Source: Leucoraja erinacea (taxonomy: Eukaryota). From it: DNA of 64,000 nt. A program made the position numbers and the translations under genes. This document shows positions 51,091 to 63,398 of the stretch, piece by piece. The notes beneath the pieces were generated by a model. It was given only the letters and a program-made list of their open reading frames with translations, was not told the origin of the DNA and ran no database searches. The stretch is taken from contig NC_073405.1 of the NCBI RefSeq assembly GCF_028641065.1, positions 14,012,001 through 14,076,000 on the forward strand, given 5' to 3'. How positions within the stretch are numbered: position 1 is the stretch's first letter; every line of letters starts with the position of its first letter.

Positions 51091-51424
51091 TTCATGGTTA
51101 GATGAAAGGATAGGTGACATTTTGGGTCGAAAGAGAAGAAGGGTCCTGACCCGGAACATTACCTTTCTTTTTTCTCCAGTGATGCTGTCTGACCAGCTGA
51201 GTTACTCCAGCACTTTCTTTTGTCTATCTTTTGTTCTGCAGTTCTTTGTTTGATACAGGGGATAGTTATTTGATACCGCTGCGATCAACCTCCTGAACCA
51301 ATCACCTCTCGCCCACCCCCTTTCTGGAGGTGACATTGCGCACTCTTTCTTTTAACTCTATCTTGTTTGGTTATTGTACTTCAATATACTTTTGCTGTAC
51401 TTCGGATGGCGTAAGCACTTTGCA

Positions 51425-51642
51425 GCTTCTTCTTCTTGCAAATGAAACATAAACCAAAGGAATAGTTAGATCTCAAGCCGGGTGTTGAGCAGCCAGGTTG
51501 TTGTCTCTGCGTCAATGTCTGCCAGGCCCTGAGCTCCATTTGGTGGGTGGCAGAGTGGGCACCCAGAAATGACATCTGTTGTTCTGCTCCACATTCACAG
51601 ACTGGGCTCTGGCGGAGCCCCCATCTCCACATGCTGGCATTG
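51425..51642 (-). mobile_element. Vingi/Ingi-like LINE 3' fragment with (GAA)n tail
   Basis: NASMWRWGLRQSPVCECGAEQQ...ISGCP zinc-knuckle region (frameshifted), then short UTR and AAGAAGAAG. Confidence 0.6.
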
Positions 51643-52805
51643 CAGCAAATACACACAATGCTGGAGTAACTCAGTGGGTCAGGCAGCATCTGTGGAGGGA
51701 ATGGATAGATGAGGTTTTGGGTCAGGTCCCTTCTGACCTGACCCGCTGAGTCTCTCCCGCACTTTTGGGTTTTGAGCAAATTTCCAGCATCTGTGGTTTC
51801 TTGTGACTGCAGTCTTTGCACCATTCTGCTGATTTGCATTTATCATTGTATGTATTGTTGCATTCATCATTACCATTTGCATTGTTTGCTCTGTGAGCTT
51901 CGTGTGAACAAGGAATTTCATTGCACCCTGGTGTATGTGAGAATCAACTAATCTGAATCTGAATCTGTGACTGTCACAGGATTATAAGGCAGAGCGATGT
52001 TTTTTTTTAGCATTCAGCCAGGACTGTCTCTGCATGAGAGGGTGATGGAGACAGAAATGCTTGCAACGTTTCAAAGGCAGGTGGATGAGACCTGGAAGAG
52101 CCATACTCCGCAGGCTACAGACCACGGGAAGTGGGATTAATTCCAGTGCCACTTTATTCAGCCGATGAATGAGTGGCCCCGAGGCTGCAAATGATTCAAT
52201 CGCCACATTCCCTTCTAAATAATCTCAATAAATCTACTTCCAGCTTTTCAGGCAGAACCTTCCAGATCACAGTTCCTTCATTAAGAAATAAATGTCCTAG
52301 CCTGACCTCTGGTATCAATGGCAATGTGAAAACAAATTAAAGGCAACGGGGATTTAATAACTGCGGCTCCTTCTCTCTGTCTCTCCGACCCAGCAAAGGA
52401 CAGTCACACACATTGCATAATCATCGCAACCCTGAGGCACTGCTGGCTTGAAAAACAACTTCAGAACTAGGTCAGCTTGCATGCTGTCTCTACGTTTCTC
52501 ACAGACCCTTCCGAAGCAGTTCCATTTGCCAAGCCCTTGTGCTTTTGTTGAATCTATGCAATCTGTTCTGACATCCAAAATAACATTATCTAGTTCGGAT
52601 TGATTTAAAAGAGGCATAATCATTAAGCTCTTCGTTTTATTCCAATATATGGATCTTTGTCTTACAAGGGCAAACAAAGATGCAACTCAAAAATTATGCT
52701 CAAATTGGGTTGGGTTTTTCTAAAGTGCGAGAGATAATAAAATTCCATTTTGGGTCTTTTCACAACATTTCAAAATGACTTAGAGGTAATGAAATATATT
52801 ACAGG

Positions 52806-53455
52806 GCGGCACAGTGGTGAAGCTAGTAGATCTGCTGCCACACACGCCCGAGACCTGGCTTTGATCATGACATGAAGTTCTGCCTGTGTGGGGTTTGCAC
52901 GTTCTCGATGTGGCGTCGCGGGTTTCCTCCAACATCCTAAAGACGTGCAGTTAAGACGTAGGTTAATTTGCCTCAGTAAATTGCCCCTAGTGTATAGGGA
53001 GTGAATGAGAAAGTGCAATAACATAGAACTAGTGTGAACGGGTGATCAAGGGTCGGTTAGATTCCCTGGGCTGAAGGGCTTGTTTCTATGCTGTAGATTT
53101 CAATCCACCATTGTAAGATCATCAGTTATGTTCCACCTGTTTTCTCTAGAATCATGGAGGTTGAGGGGAAATCTGATAGTTTATAAAATTATGTCAGAAA
53201 CTGTCTATTCAACGCTAACCTTTGACCATACCAAAGCCAATCAACCTACAAACCTGTATATATTTGGAGTGTGGGAGGAAACTGGAGCACCCAGAGAAAA
53301 CCTACGTGGTAACAGAGAGAACGTGCTAACAGGCATATACACAAGGGTGCACTGAAATTTCTATTTCACATGAAGCTCAGCACCCGTAGTCACCCGAACC
53401 CTATTCTCGGTTGCTGGAAGGCAGCAACTCTACCGCTGCGCTACTGTGCCGCCCA
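52806..53455. mobile_element. Two V-SINE copies in opposite orientation
   Basis: Plus copy ~52806-53090; minus copy ~53230-53455. Confidence 0.7.
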
Positions 53456-55879
53456 TATGCACTGAGGGATTCATGAAAACAGAGAGCAGAGAGATACAGT
53501 TCTCTCTCCACTTGCAGCCTGACTGAGGGCTCCATTGCCAAGCTGCTGTCGCCAGGTTTACTGCACTGTCTGCCAAGGAGTCACTCAAGAGCTGGACTCC
53601 ATCCAACACCCAGCGTCACCGCAGCACCGGCCCATCAAGCCTGCAGATCCATTGCAACCCAGAATGCTGGCTGCTGTTTCAATGTGAAAACACTTTGTCC
53701 ACAGAAAACCTCCACACGGGCCATTAAAGCCCCTTCATAAACATTCTGTTCCTGGTATTAGGTTTAGGTCAGTGTTATTACGTTAGAATTAGGTTTAGTA
53801 TTATTGTCATGTGGGCTGAGGTACAGTGAAAAGCTTCGTTTTGCATGCTATCCAAACAACTAGGATATACCATACATAAATCATGCATAAAATCATGAGA
53901 GGAATAGATCGGATAGTCTCTTGTCCAGAGTAAGTGAATCAAGGACCAGAGGACATCAGTTTAAGGTGAAGGGGAAAAGATTTAATAGGAACCTGAGGGG
54001 TAACTTTTCCACACAAAGGGTGGTGGGTGTACATAACAAGCTGCCAGAAAACATGGCTGAGGCAGGGATTGTTCCAACATTTAAGAAACAGTTAGACAGG
54101 TACATGGGTAGGGCAGGTTTGGAGGCATATGGACCAAACGCCGGCAGCTGGGACTAGTGTAGCTGGGACATGTTGGCCGGTGTGGGCAAGTTGGGCTGAA
54201 GGGCCTGTTTCCACACATTATCGCTCTATCACTCTATGACTATTACTCTACATGGAAATTAATTTCTGTTGGCCTCTGTTAACTGCAGACACGCAGAGAA
54301 GGCCCCTCCACATCCTTCTGTGGACTGTGACTCTAAACACAATGATCAAACTCAAATAAAATAGAGCAAAGTGGAAAATACAGAGTGCAGAATATAATGT
54401 TCAGCATTGTAGCATATCATAACATAGCAATATGAACAGATAGTAAATATACTATGTCAGCGCCATGGAGAGAGACATGTGTGGGCAGTTTGCATTGGTG
54501 TATTGGTCCAGGTGATTAATAAAATGTTTTCCAAAACAAAAGCAAAATGGGAATCTTTCTCACTCACAGCCCAGTCTATTCTCCTGGCTCGATCAACACT
54601 GTATTGTGTGGTACTTCAGTGTGAGTGCTCTTCGTGTCAGAGTGAGTGAAGGTTGGAATCCCATCCCAGGGTACCATGTGATCGAGAGTTGTTGCTCGCA
54701 TGCAGTGGGGTTGATATTTTTTCTTTGTCCAAAGTTAAAAGAAGTCAGTGCTGTGAGTGCAGGCTTGCTGTGTGTAAAATGATTGCCGACACATCCTTTA
54801 TCCACCAGACTACAATGACTAAATTACCTCATAAATTGCTGTGGGATGATTGAGAGAGGTGCTGTACGATACCAGGTGATCCTTAATGTTGTTGCTATGT
54901 TGCTGGATCACCAGGTCTCAGTGGGGACAACCGTTCAACGTAAGATCTGTCCCACTCGGGAGCTCCACTGGTAGATAGAAAGGAACGAAGCAGTGGGGCA
55001 GACAGTGATCCCTTACCAGAACAGTGGATGGTAAATGGCAAATAAGATGGCAGAGGAATTAAACAATTAATTTGCATCTTGCCTCAAGGAACACATAAAA
55101 ATCCTGCCAGAGATGTTAGAGAACCAAGGGTCGGGTGACAATGAAGAAATGAAGGCAATGTATGTGTCAAAAATTACTAACTGAGAACTGGTGAGCATGA
55201 GAGTCAATAAATCCCAAAGACCTGATGGTCTTCGTGCCAGAGACCTGAAAGCGAATGCTTCAGAGTGAGTGCATGTGTCATCATTTTCCAAAGTTCTGGA
55301 TTTGGGACTGATTCCTGTGGTGTGGAGGGCAGCAAATGAGTCCCCCACTAGGTAAGAGCAGAGGGGAACCTTTTCATCTTGTTGCCTAACATTAGTAGAG
55401 AAGATACAAATGTATGATGAAAATTAAACTGTGGGAGCATGTAGACACTAAGGGCAGGAATGATCACAGTCAGCATGGGTTAGCAAAACCCAAAGCACGT
55501 TTGACTGATCTGCTGCAGCATCTCACCGATGGAGGATGGTTCGGTTGCTCACCTTGCACACTCTGGCCATTACCACCTACTAATATCAGGCCACCTGCTC
55601 TGTGGATCCTCTCACTCTCCAGCCCAGAGAAGCTCACCCTGCTCAAGAAGTCAGCATTGTTTACTGGATGTAAATTAGTTGCTTGGGACAACCATTACTG
55701 AGGCAGTCCCGAAATCATGTGTCTGGCTCACTCAACAGCATTTAACTGATGTGTTCTGATCAGCTCAAATAACAATTTAAAAGCAAGCATTGAAAAAGCT
55801 CTCCACAATCCACATTCATCTCTAGTACCCATGTGAACCTATGGAATTCCAAATTATAGAATTTTTAAACATGCTGAAT

Positions 55880-56070
55880 ACTTGCACTCAGTCCTCCAAG
55901 CTCCTGGTTACTAACCATTTTAACTACTCTTCCCATTCCCGTACTGACCTAGTCCCCCTCCATTGCCAGAGTGAGGCCACATGCAGACTGGAGGAACAGC
56001 ACCTCATATTCTGCTTGGGTAGTTTACAACCCAACAGTATGAATTTTGAATTCTCTAGTTTTAGGTAACT
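55880..56070 (+). mobile_element. Penelope GIY-YIG C-terminal fragment
   Basis: LHCQSEATCRLEEQHLIFCLGSLQPNSMNFEFSSFR*; similar relics at ~29400-29750 and ~58840-59360. Confidence 0.7.
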
Positions 56071-56911
56071 TACCAAAACACCACACCCACTTTCTTCCCT
56101 GTGCCCCATCTGGACCTCCAGCTTGCAAAAGCATGGAGCGACGGAGCCGCAGTAAAGGACATGGACACATTGCCTGGCCAAGACAACCCCTACAACTCCA
56201 AACCAGCACTGCCACCAGGACAACGGTCCTCTATGGCCACGTTGAGACATTAAAAAAAAATTGGACCTGAAGGGTACAAGATGGTGTCTTAAACGTGGTG
56301 ACTCTTGACTACTCACTTAGTGGGGTCTACTGTTTTACACTCTTGTTCTTAGAATGATTGTGCCTAATGTAATGTAGGATTGTCACCGAGCTGTATGCAA
56401 AAACAGAATTTCACCGTACTTAGTTGTTCGTGACAACAAACTACCATTGAACCTCCAGAACAAGCAGGTGAATCCTCACCATAATAAACATCGTGCCCTC
56501 AACCCCCCATCACTTGTTAGCATTTGTTGACCAATTTCTGTGAATTAGACGGGGAATAGTTTCTACTGCTGGGACACAACCCTGCAAGAGTTAAAATTCT
56601 TCCACATGTGTAGAATATGTAGAAATCTTCCTTTTCACTTCTCCCATTTTGCTCTTAATCCAATCTTCCCTCTTTTTCTGCACTGATGAGACTGGTCCCA
56701 CTGCTGCTCTTCTCCCATTCTTCAGCTATCCTGCTCTTTACCTGGTTCCCAGATGCCCTCTTGTCCTCCTGTGTGCAAGAAATGCATGTAGCAACAGCGC
56801 AAGTGCCCCTGCCCCCTCCCGGCGAAATCAACAGGCTCACAATTCAGGCCAAGAATTTTATACAATATATACAAGGCAGACAGAGAGCAGCAGGTCACAG
56901 GCCGTCTGTGG

Positions 56912-57233
56912 TCAGTGGGTCAGCGATTTCCGACCTTTCAGCATCCTGCGCAAGATCAGCTCGATGCCGGCACGGGTGCTGATGCGCCTCTGCCAGCCGT
57001 GTGTCCGCAGTCGCTTGATGAACTTCGGCTGGTACTCGGTGCCCCGCTTCTTCGTGCGGACCTGCTGCCGGCTCCAGGGGAAGCTCCAGGGGGCAAAGCC
57101 ACCAGCCATGACCGTTCGTTGCCCTGCGGGAGGGTACAGGAGGCCAGATGGCTGGCATAGAGCGGAGCTACACACTGTCCGGTGGCTGGGGTTCGGTGAA
57201 ATGGTGGGAACCAAGCACTGTGCTGGCTGCCAT
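56912..57233 (-). CDS. MRPL34: Mitochondrial ribosomal protein L34 (bL34m), coding exon 2
   Basis: [51 protein letters not shown] is the L34 domain; acceptor TTGCTCTCTGCAG. Confidence 0.96.
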
Positions 57234-57618
57234 CTGCAGAGAGCAACAAAGACAGCACCACATCAGCAACAAGCACCTGCTCCAGGCACAACACAGCCCA
57301 TCGTGTCCACGATCAGCAAAAAGGCACTATTGGGAACTTGTCAGGACTCGACATGGCCCTGTGGGTTACACTGCTTCCTGTTCTCATCCAGATACTTTTA
57401 AATGGGACAAGTATCTGTTTCCTCACCACTTCAGGCAGCGTCCACTGATGCTTACCCCCGTCCAATTCTGCTATCAAATGCCTGAGTTCCAGGGCCTGAG
57501 TTTTTCTACTTTCACAGAGTCCCCTGTAGCTCCTAACATCAACCGAAATGAAGAGATTTGAACGATTGTTAACAGGCTACATTAGCATGAGTCTTTGAGC
57601 AGTCTAGATCAATTGCAA

Positions 57619-57717
57619 CCCGTCTGAAGAAGGGTTTCGGCCCGAAACGTTGCCTATTTCCTTCGCTCCATAGATGCTGCTGCACCCGCTGAGTTTCTCC
57701 AGCTTTTCTGTGTAACC
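57619..57717 (+). mobile_element. 99-bp Penelope-terminus element with intact hammerhead-like core in the MRPL34 intron
   Basis: Perfect 15-bp TSD CTAGATCAATTGCAA at 57604-57618 and 57718-57732. Confidence 0.85.
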
Positions 57718-59681
57718 CTAGATCAATTGCAATATGTTTAGTTTAGCGATTACTGCATGGAAACTGATCCTCGGTCCACCGAGTCATCGTTAACCATCAA
57801 TCACCTCTGTACACTAGTTCTATGTCATCCCACTTCCACATCCGACACACCAAGGGCAATTAACCTTAACCTACAAAACTGCATGTCTTTGAAATGTGAG
57901 AGGAAACTAGAACACCCAGAAAAAAATCACAGGGAGAATGTACAAACTCCACACATACAGCATCCATCGTCAGGTCGAACCCGCGTCTCCGGTGCTGTGA
58001 GCTCTACCATTATGCCACTCTGCTGCCCTAATTTGTATACAGGAAAAAAAGGTCTCTGGAGGAGGCCATCCCTCTTGCATGACATTCACACCATATCATC
58101 TTTGCAATTAGATTAACAATGTCATGATACTATTCATTGACTACAGATCCGCCTTCAATACAATCATACCAAATAAGCTCATCTAAGTTTAGATTTATTA
58201 TTGTCATGTGTACGGAGGTACGATGAAAAGCTTTGTTTTGTATGCTATCCAATCAGATCAGATAATACTATATACTCATTAGTACAATCAAGCCAAACTC
58301 AAGTACAATAGGTAGAGCAAAGGGGAAGTGTGCAGAATATAGTTCTTAGCATTGTAGTGCAACAGGTTTAGACAAAGTCCAATGTCTGGAATGGGTGGTG
58401 GTGAATTGTAAAGTACCATAGTTTATTGAATGACTATTCAGAAGCTCGATAACTGGGGGGTAGATGTTGTTCCAGTGTTCTTGAATCCAGTGGTATGTGC
58501 TTTCAAGCTTCTGTACCATTTGACTGACAGAAGCGGAGAGAAGGAATAACCGGGATGGGATAAATCATTCATTATGCTGGATGCTCTTCTGAGGTGTGAA
58601 GTGTAGATGGAAACCTCTGTTTACCCAGTAAGCTTAATGTGAAATATGAAATTCATTGCACACTTGTGTAAATGATAATGAAGTAATCAGATTGTAATCC
58701 GAGTACCCTTACAACTATGCTGACCTTCACCCTACACTGGGCCTTGCTGAACAACTGCTGGATGCCACTGACAGAACTGTCCATTCACTGTAACCTACCC
58801 CTTCTGAACAGCTGCTGTTCCATTCACTAAGCAGCCTGAACATTCAACAATTTCCACCAGCATCAGTACCAGTCCACCACCACACACATCCTCCCCTTAC
58901 TGATCCCCATTCTGAAGGAACTGTTCCCTTCACATCTCCCTGCGCATGGTTCCATGTTCACCGACCCTTTCTCATGCATGGTTGCATGAGGTGCGAAACG
59001 TCATACAGCAGGGAATCAGGCCCTTCAGCCCAACCCATCGATGCCAGCACAACCATGTCCTTTTATATCTTCCCACCCACCACCCAGGAAAGCAGACTGT
59101 CTGTTCTTCCAGTGAAGCAGCAATTCACTTGCACTTCGTACACTCTAAAGTACTGCATTCAGTAGTCACCGTGTGGTCTTCTCCACACTGGGGAAATCAA
59201 ACACAGGTTGGGTGACTACCATGTGTCCACAGTGACTTTCCAATCACCCGTCATTTTATACCCATCCCACTACTTCAAGACCTCTCTGGGGCTTCGTGCA
59301 TGTCAAAACAGGGCCCAGTGCAAGCTCCATGAAGAGCATCTCATCATCCGCCCGGGCTAATTGAGGCAGGTACAATAACAACTTTTAAAAGACATTTGGA
59401 CAGGTACGTGGATAGGAAAGGCTTAGAAGGATCTGGGCCAAACACAGCCAGGTGTGACGAGTGTAGATGGGGCATCTTGGTCAGCACGGGCAAGTTGGGC
59501 CGAAGGGCCAGTTCCCGTGCAGTATGACTTTATGACCGCGGCAGTGCGGCACTCCGCGGCCGGAGCTAAATGTCCCTCGGCTGGAGCTTTATGTTCCCCG
59601 ACCGGAGCGCTGCTCGAGTCGCGGCCCCAGGGACCGGGACCGGGCCCCGTGGAGATGGCGATGGACCAAGCGCCCGCCTAC

Positions 59682-59716
59682 CTGCATCTCCCCGCCAGCG
59701 CCCGCAGAGAGCTCAT
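59682..59716 (-). CDS. MRPL34: MRPL34 coding exon 1 (start of mitochondrial presequence)
   Basis: GCCATG-MSSLRALAGRC, donor CAG|GTAGGC phase 2, joins exon 2 in frame as R-W-Q. Confidence 0.85.
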
Positions 59717-59759
59717 GGCCAGCCTCAGGCCTCAGGCTTCACCCGGTGCATGATGGCCT

Positions 59760-59870
59760 GCCCCAATCAACATCCACCCTCCAACATCCCGCAGCCTCAT
59801 TGGTCGCCTCGCTCCGGGCGCAGCTCCAATGGCGCGCGTGTCGCTGAGCATCCCGGTAGTTGTAGTTCGA
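59760..59870 (-). promoter_or_regulatory. MRPL34 promoter: CCAAT boxes and ZNF143/THAP11-type motif
   Basis: Minus-strand GAACTACAACTACCGGGATGC (59848-59868) resembles ACTACAANTCCCAG; CCAAT at ~59763 and ~59826. Confidence 0.55.
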
Positions 59871-59908
59871 TGCATCCTCCAAACTCAGAACATGCCGAAG
59901 AATTAATG

Positions 59909-60385
59909 ACAAAGACTGCTGGAGTACCTCAGTCAGGCAGCACCTCTGGAGAGCATGGATAGACCACGTTTCGGATCTGGACCCTGCTTCAGACTGAATG
60001 GAAGGAAGCTGGAAGAGAGAGGGCGGGACAAAGCCATAGGTGGATGACAGACAAAGTGCTGGAGTACCTCAGTGGGTCAGGCAGCATCTCTGGAGAGCAT
60101 GGATAGACCACGTTTCGGATCTGGACCCTGCTTCAGACTGAATGGAAGGAAGCTGGAAGAGAGAGGGCGGGACAAAGCCATAGGTGGATGACAGACAAAG
60201 TGCTGGAGTAACTCAGTGGGTCAGGCAGCATCTCTGGAGAAAAATTACTTTTCGGTCGCGACCCTTTTTCAAGGTCTCAACCGAAAAGTCACCCATCCTT
60301 TTTCTTCGGAGATGCTGCCTGACCCCCTGCGTTACTCCAGCACTACGTGTCTATCTTTGGTATTAATCAGCATCTGCAGATATTT
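59909..60385. repeat. Tandem ~143-bp repeats of the Penelope terminus ending in a fold-back copy
   Basis: Units start at ~59909, 60051 and 60195; first two nearly identical. Confidence 0.8.
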
Positions 60386-61049
60386 GTGTCTACAAGTGGG
60401 AAGACAGGCCAGTTTGAAGTTGCAGAGAGGGTTGGGGTGGGCCGGAGGTGGATAGGATGAAGGAACATCCCGGGTAGAGTAAGCCAGGGTTGCTGAGGTG
60501 ATTCCAGCGTATAGCAGCTGTTTTGTTGGTACATAATGAGGCCAGTTGGAGAGGAACAACCCATGGTACATGTGAAGCTGTGAAGTAAGTGCAGGTCCGA
60601 GCGTGGATTGCAGACCCCGGGCAAAGACATAAAAAAGTGCAGCACACTACAATGCTGAGAATCTGGAAAAAAATGGAGTTGCTGATTATCTAAACAGTCC
60701 TAGCTAGTCATAGTGTTTAAGAAGGAACTGCAGATGCTGGAAAATTGAAGATAGACAAAAATGCTGGAGAAACTCAGCGGGTGAGGCAGATTCTATGAAG
60801 CGAAGGAAATAGGCGACGTTTCGGTCGAGACCCTTCTCTAGTCTTAGAGTCTATATCATACAGCACAGAAACCGACGCTTCGGCCGAACTCGTCCATGCT
60901 GACCAAGATGCCCCATCTACACTAGTCCCACCTGCCTGCGTTTGCCCCATATACCCGTCCAACTGTTTTTTTAATGTTGCTGTAGTACGTGCCTCAACTA
61001 CCTCATATGGCAGCTCGTTCCATACACCCACCACCATATATGTGCTAAA

Positions 61050-61700
61050 GGACCAGTTTGCCCGGTGCCAGTGTCCCTGAAGATTGGTGAGTGGCTGGCC
61101 GGAGGGGTGGGCCGGGCTGGGTCGGGTGCAAGCCGATCAGAGCCGGCTGGAGAGGAGGGGGAGGCCGGAGTGGGAATGTGAGCAGAACCGGCCGGAGGTA
61201 AGGCCGGGCCGGAGGAGCGGTTAGGTTCAGGCGAGCAGAGCTGGCCAGCGGACAGTGCGAAGCAAAGATACTGGAGCAAGAGGTGCGAATTGCCGCATTT
61301 CCATCGCCCGCCGCCGGGGGGGGGGGGGGGGGGGGGGGTGGGGGGGGGGGGGGGGGGGGGGGGGGGGGTGCTAATTGGCCACATTCCTCTTGTTGACAGG
61401 ATTGTCCCGGGGTCTGTGAGATTATTGGCCAGCAGCGACGCCAGTCACCTACGTGAGGTGAGAATTGGCTGCTGTCTCTGCAGCGGCCAAGGACGAAGGG
61501 AGAGATGATCCGGATACGCGGGAGCGCGGAGACGCGAGAGCGCGCAAACACGGGGCGCGGAGGCACGGGAGCGCGGAGACACGGGCAGCAGTTTTCGCTT
61601 CATACCTGTAGCGAGGATTGCAAGCCCAACCGGCGCAATGTAAACCACGAGCGGAAAATCATCGAGCTACCACCTTGCCCGTAACCTCGGTTCCATTTAA
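61050..61700. promoter_or_regulatory. CpG island, probable promoter/non-coding first exon of the next gene
   Basis: High CpG density, three ATTGG boxes (~61374, 61424, 61464), no recognisable ORF. Confidence 0.45.
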
Positions 61701-62859
61701 CGTTTGCAATAATTAATCTCGTCCACTGGAATCCGTGCGGTGGTTGCAATTTCATGCACATCCCGTGGAGTTTGCTTTTATGAATGAGGTGAGAGCAATG
61801 TTATATGTTGCAGTTTATTTCAGCGCCATTCTATTCATTGATTGCATTTCTCAAATTTACAATCGGTTTATGGCGTTGAGCCGTCTCCAACCTCGGGAAC
61901 CGTGGTGCGTCGTCCTGCATCGATCGTTGCTATTTTTTTTAACCAATAACGCAGATCTTCAATATACCCTTCGTGTGCATTGTTAAAAAAAAAACAACGA
62001 ATGTTATAATTCCAGAATGCACGCGTATTTCTATCTCTGCAACACAACCACAGGGGATTTTATACCTTTGTGCAAAGTGTGAAGCTATTGCAGTTTACAT
62101 AATAAATACAAATTGTGGATTTATTTTGAGATTTTATATATATTTGTGGGTTATGCAGCGCCGCCTGTTTCTGGCGCTCGGAAACAAACGCCATCGAGTT
62201 AATCTCTCGGGATTAGGCAGGTGGCTGCAATGTGAAAATCAGGAACGGGGCGAATCGGCCTGGAACCGAACCGCTTGATATTTTACCAAGAGCCAGCCGT
62301 TCGACGAAAAATGAAATCTGTCAGAGATGGTCAGACAGGGTTGGCAGGGATGCCCCGGGAATGGGTTGTGCGTGTGTGGCAGGTCGTCGCATGCCTGAAA
62401 TCGGGAGAAAATCGCAGAGCAGTCGCGCTCCACAGATGTGCAAAACTCCCGGGCAATGCAGGGACAGGTGCCCCAAGACCGGGTAAACCTCCCCACCGAT
62501 CGGCCGCCCCCGGGCCGTGCCGGGACAGATGCCCCATGTCTGTGCAAACCTCCCCACCGACCGGCCGTTCCGGCCATCATCAGCTTGACATAGCGTGTGG
62601 GACGTGACCCTCGCCGAACATCTGTAGAACCATCTATGTGTAGCATGACCACGTACAGAAATCAAAAGACAGATTGCGCCGAATATCAAATTGACAGACC
62701 CCCTCATTGAGACCGTCAGCATTTGAAATGGCTGCAACTGTCGAACACAGTGATGGGGCCGGGCTCACGGCCACCCCGTGCAGAGGAGAATTAACCCTGT
62801 CTGACCCGTGCTGCCCCTGCACAAAGACTGTGATCGAGCGGTGTGGAGGCTGTCTGGTC

Positions 62860-63090
62860 CCGGGTGTGTGTGTGACAGGACGATGCAGGCGGAGCTTCGC
62901 CCTGTATCTGACCCTGGCAGGGTGTGCTGGGACTGTGTGGGATGAGCTTTATCCCGTGTCTGACGCTGGGATTGTGCGATGGGACAGTGTATGGGCTGCT
63001 TCACTCTGTGTCTGACCCAGGGAGTGAGATCGGATGGTGTAGATGAAGCTTCACTCGGAGTCTGATCCCTGGAGTGTCTGATGGGAGAGT
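62860..63090 (+). repeat. Degenerate ~51-bp minisatellite
   Basis: Repeated GGGACAGTGT...GAGCTTYACTCTGTGTCTGACC units. Confidence 0.7.
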
Positions 63091-63398
63091 TAGAAACATA
63101 GAAACATAGAAACATAGAAAATAGGTGCAGGAGTAGGCCATTCGGCCCTTCGAGCCTGCACCGCCATTCAATATGATCATGGCTGATCACCCAACTCAGT
63201 ATCCTGTACCTGCCTTCTCTCCATACCCCCTGATCCCTTTAGCCACAAGGGCCACATCTAACTCCCTCTTACATATAGCCAATCAACTGGCCTCAACTAC
63301 CTTCTGCGGCAGAGAATTCCAGAGATTCACCACTCTCTGTGTGAAAAACGTTTTCCTCATCTCGGTCCTAAAAGATTTCCCCCTTATCCTTAAACTAT
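63091..63398 (-). mobile_element. CR1 LINE 3' end with (TTTCTATG)n octamer tail
   Basis: TAGAAACATAGAAACATAGAAACATAGAAA followed by reverse complement of the CR1 3' UTR seen at 33330-33600. Confidence 0.9.

Noticed and set aside
56649-57401. 250-aa plus-strand ORF
   Set aside because: Antisense shadow of MRPL34 exon 2; no recognisable domain
59909-60240. CRISPR-like repeat array
   Set aside because: Eukaryotic context, no unique spacers, units are retroelement termini
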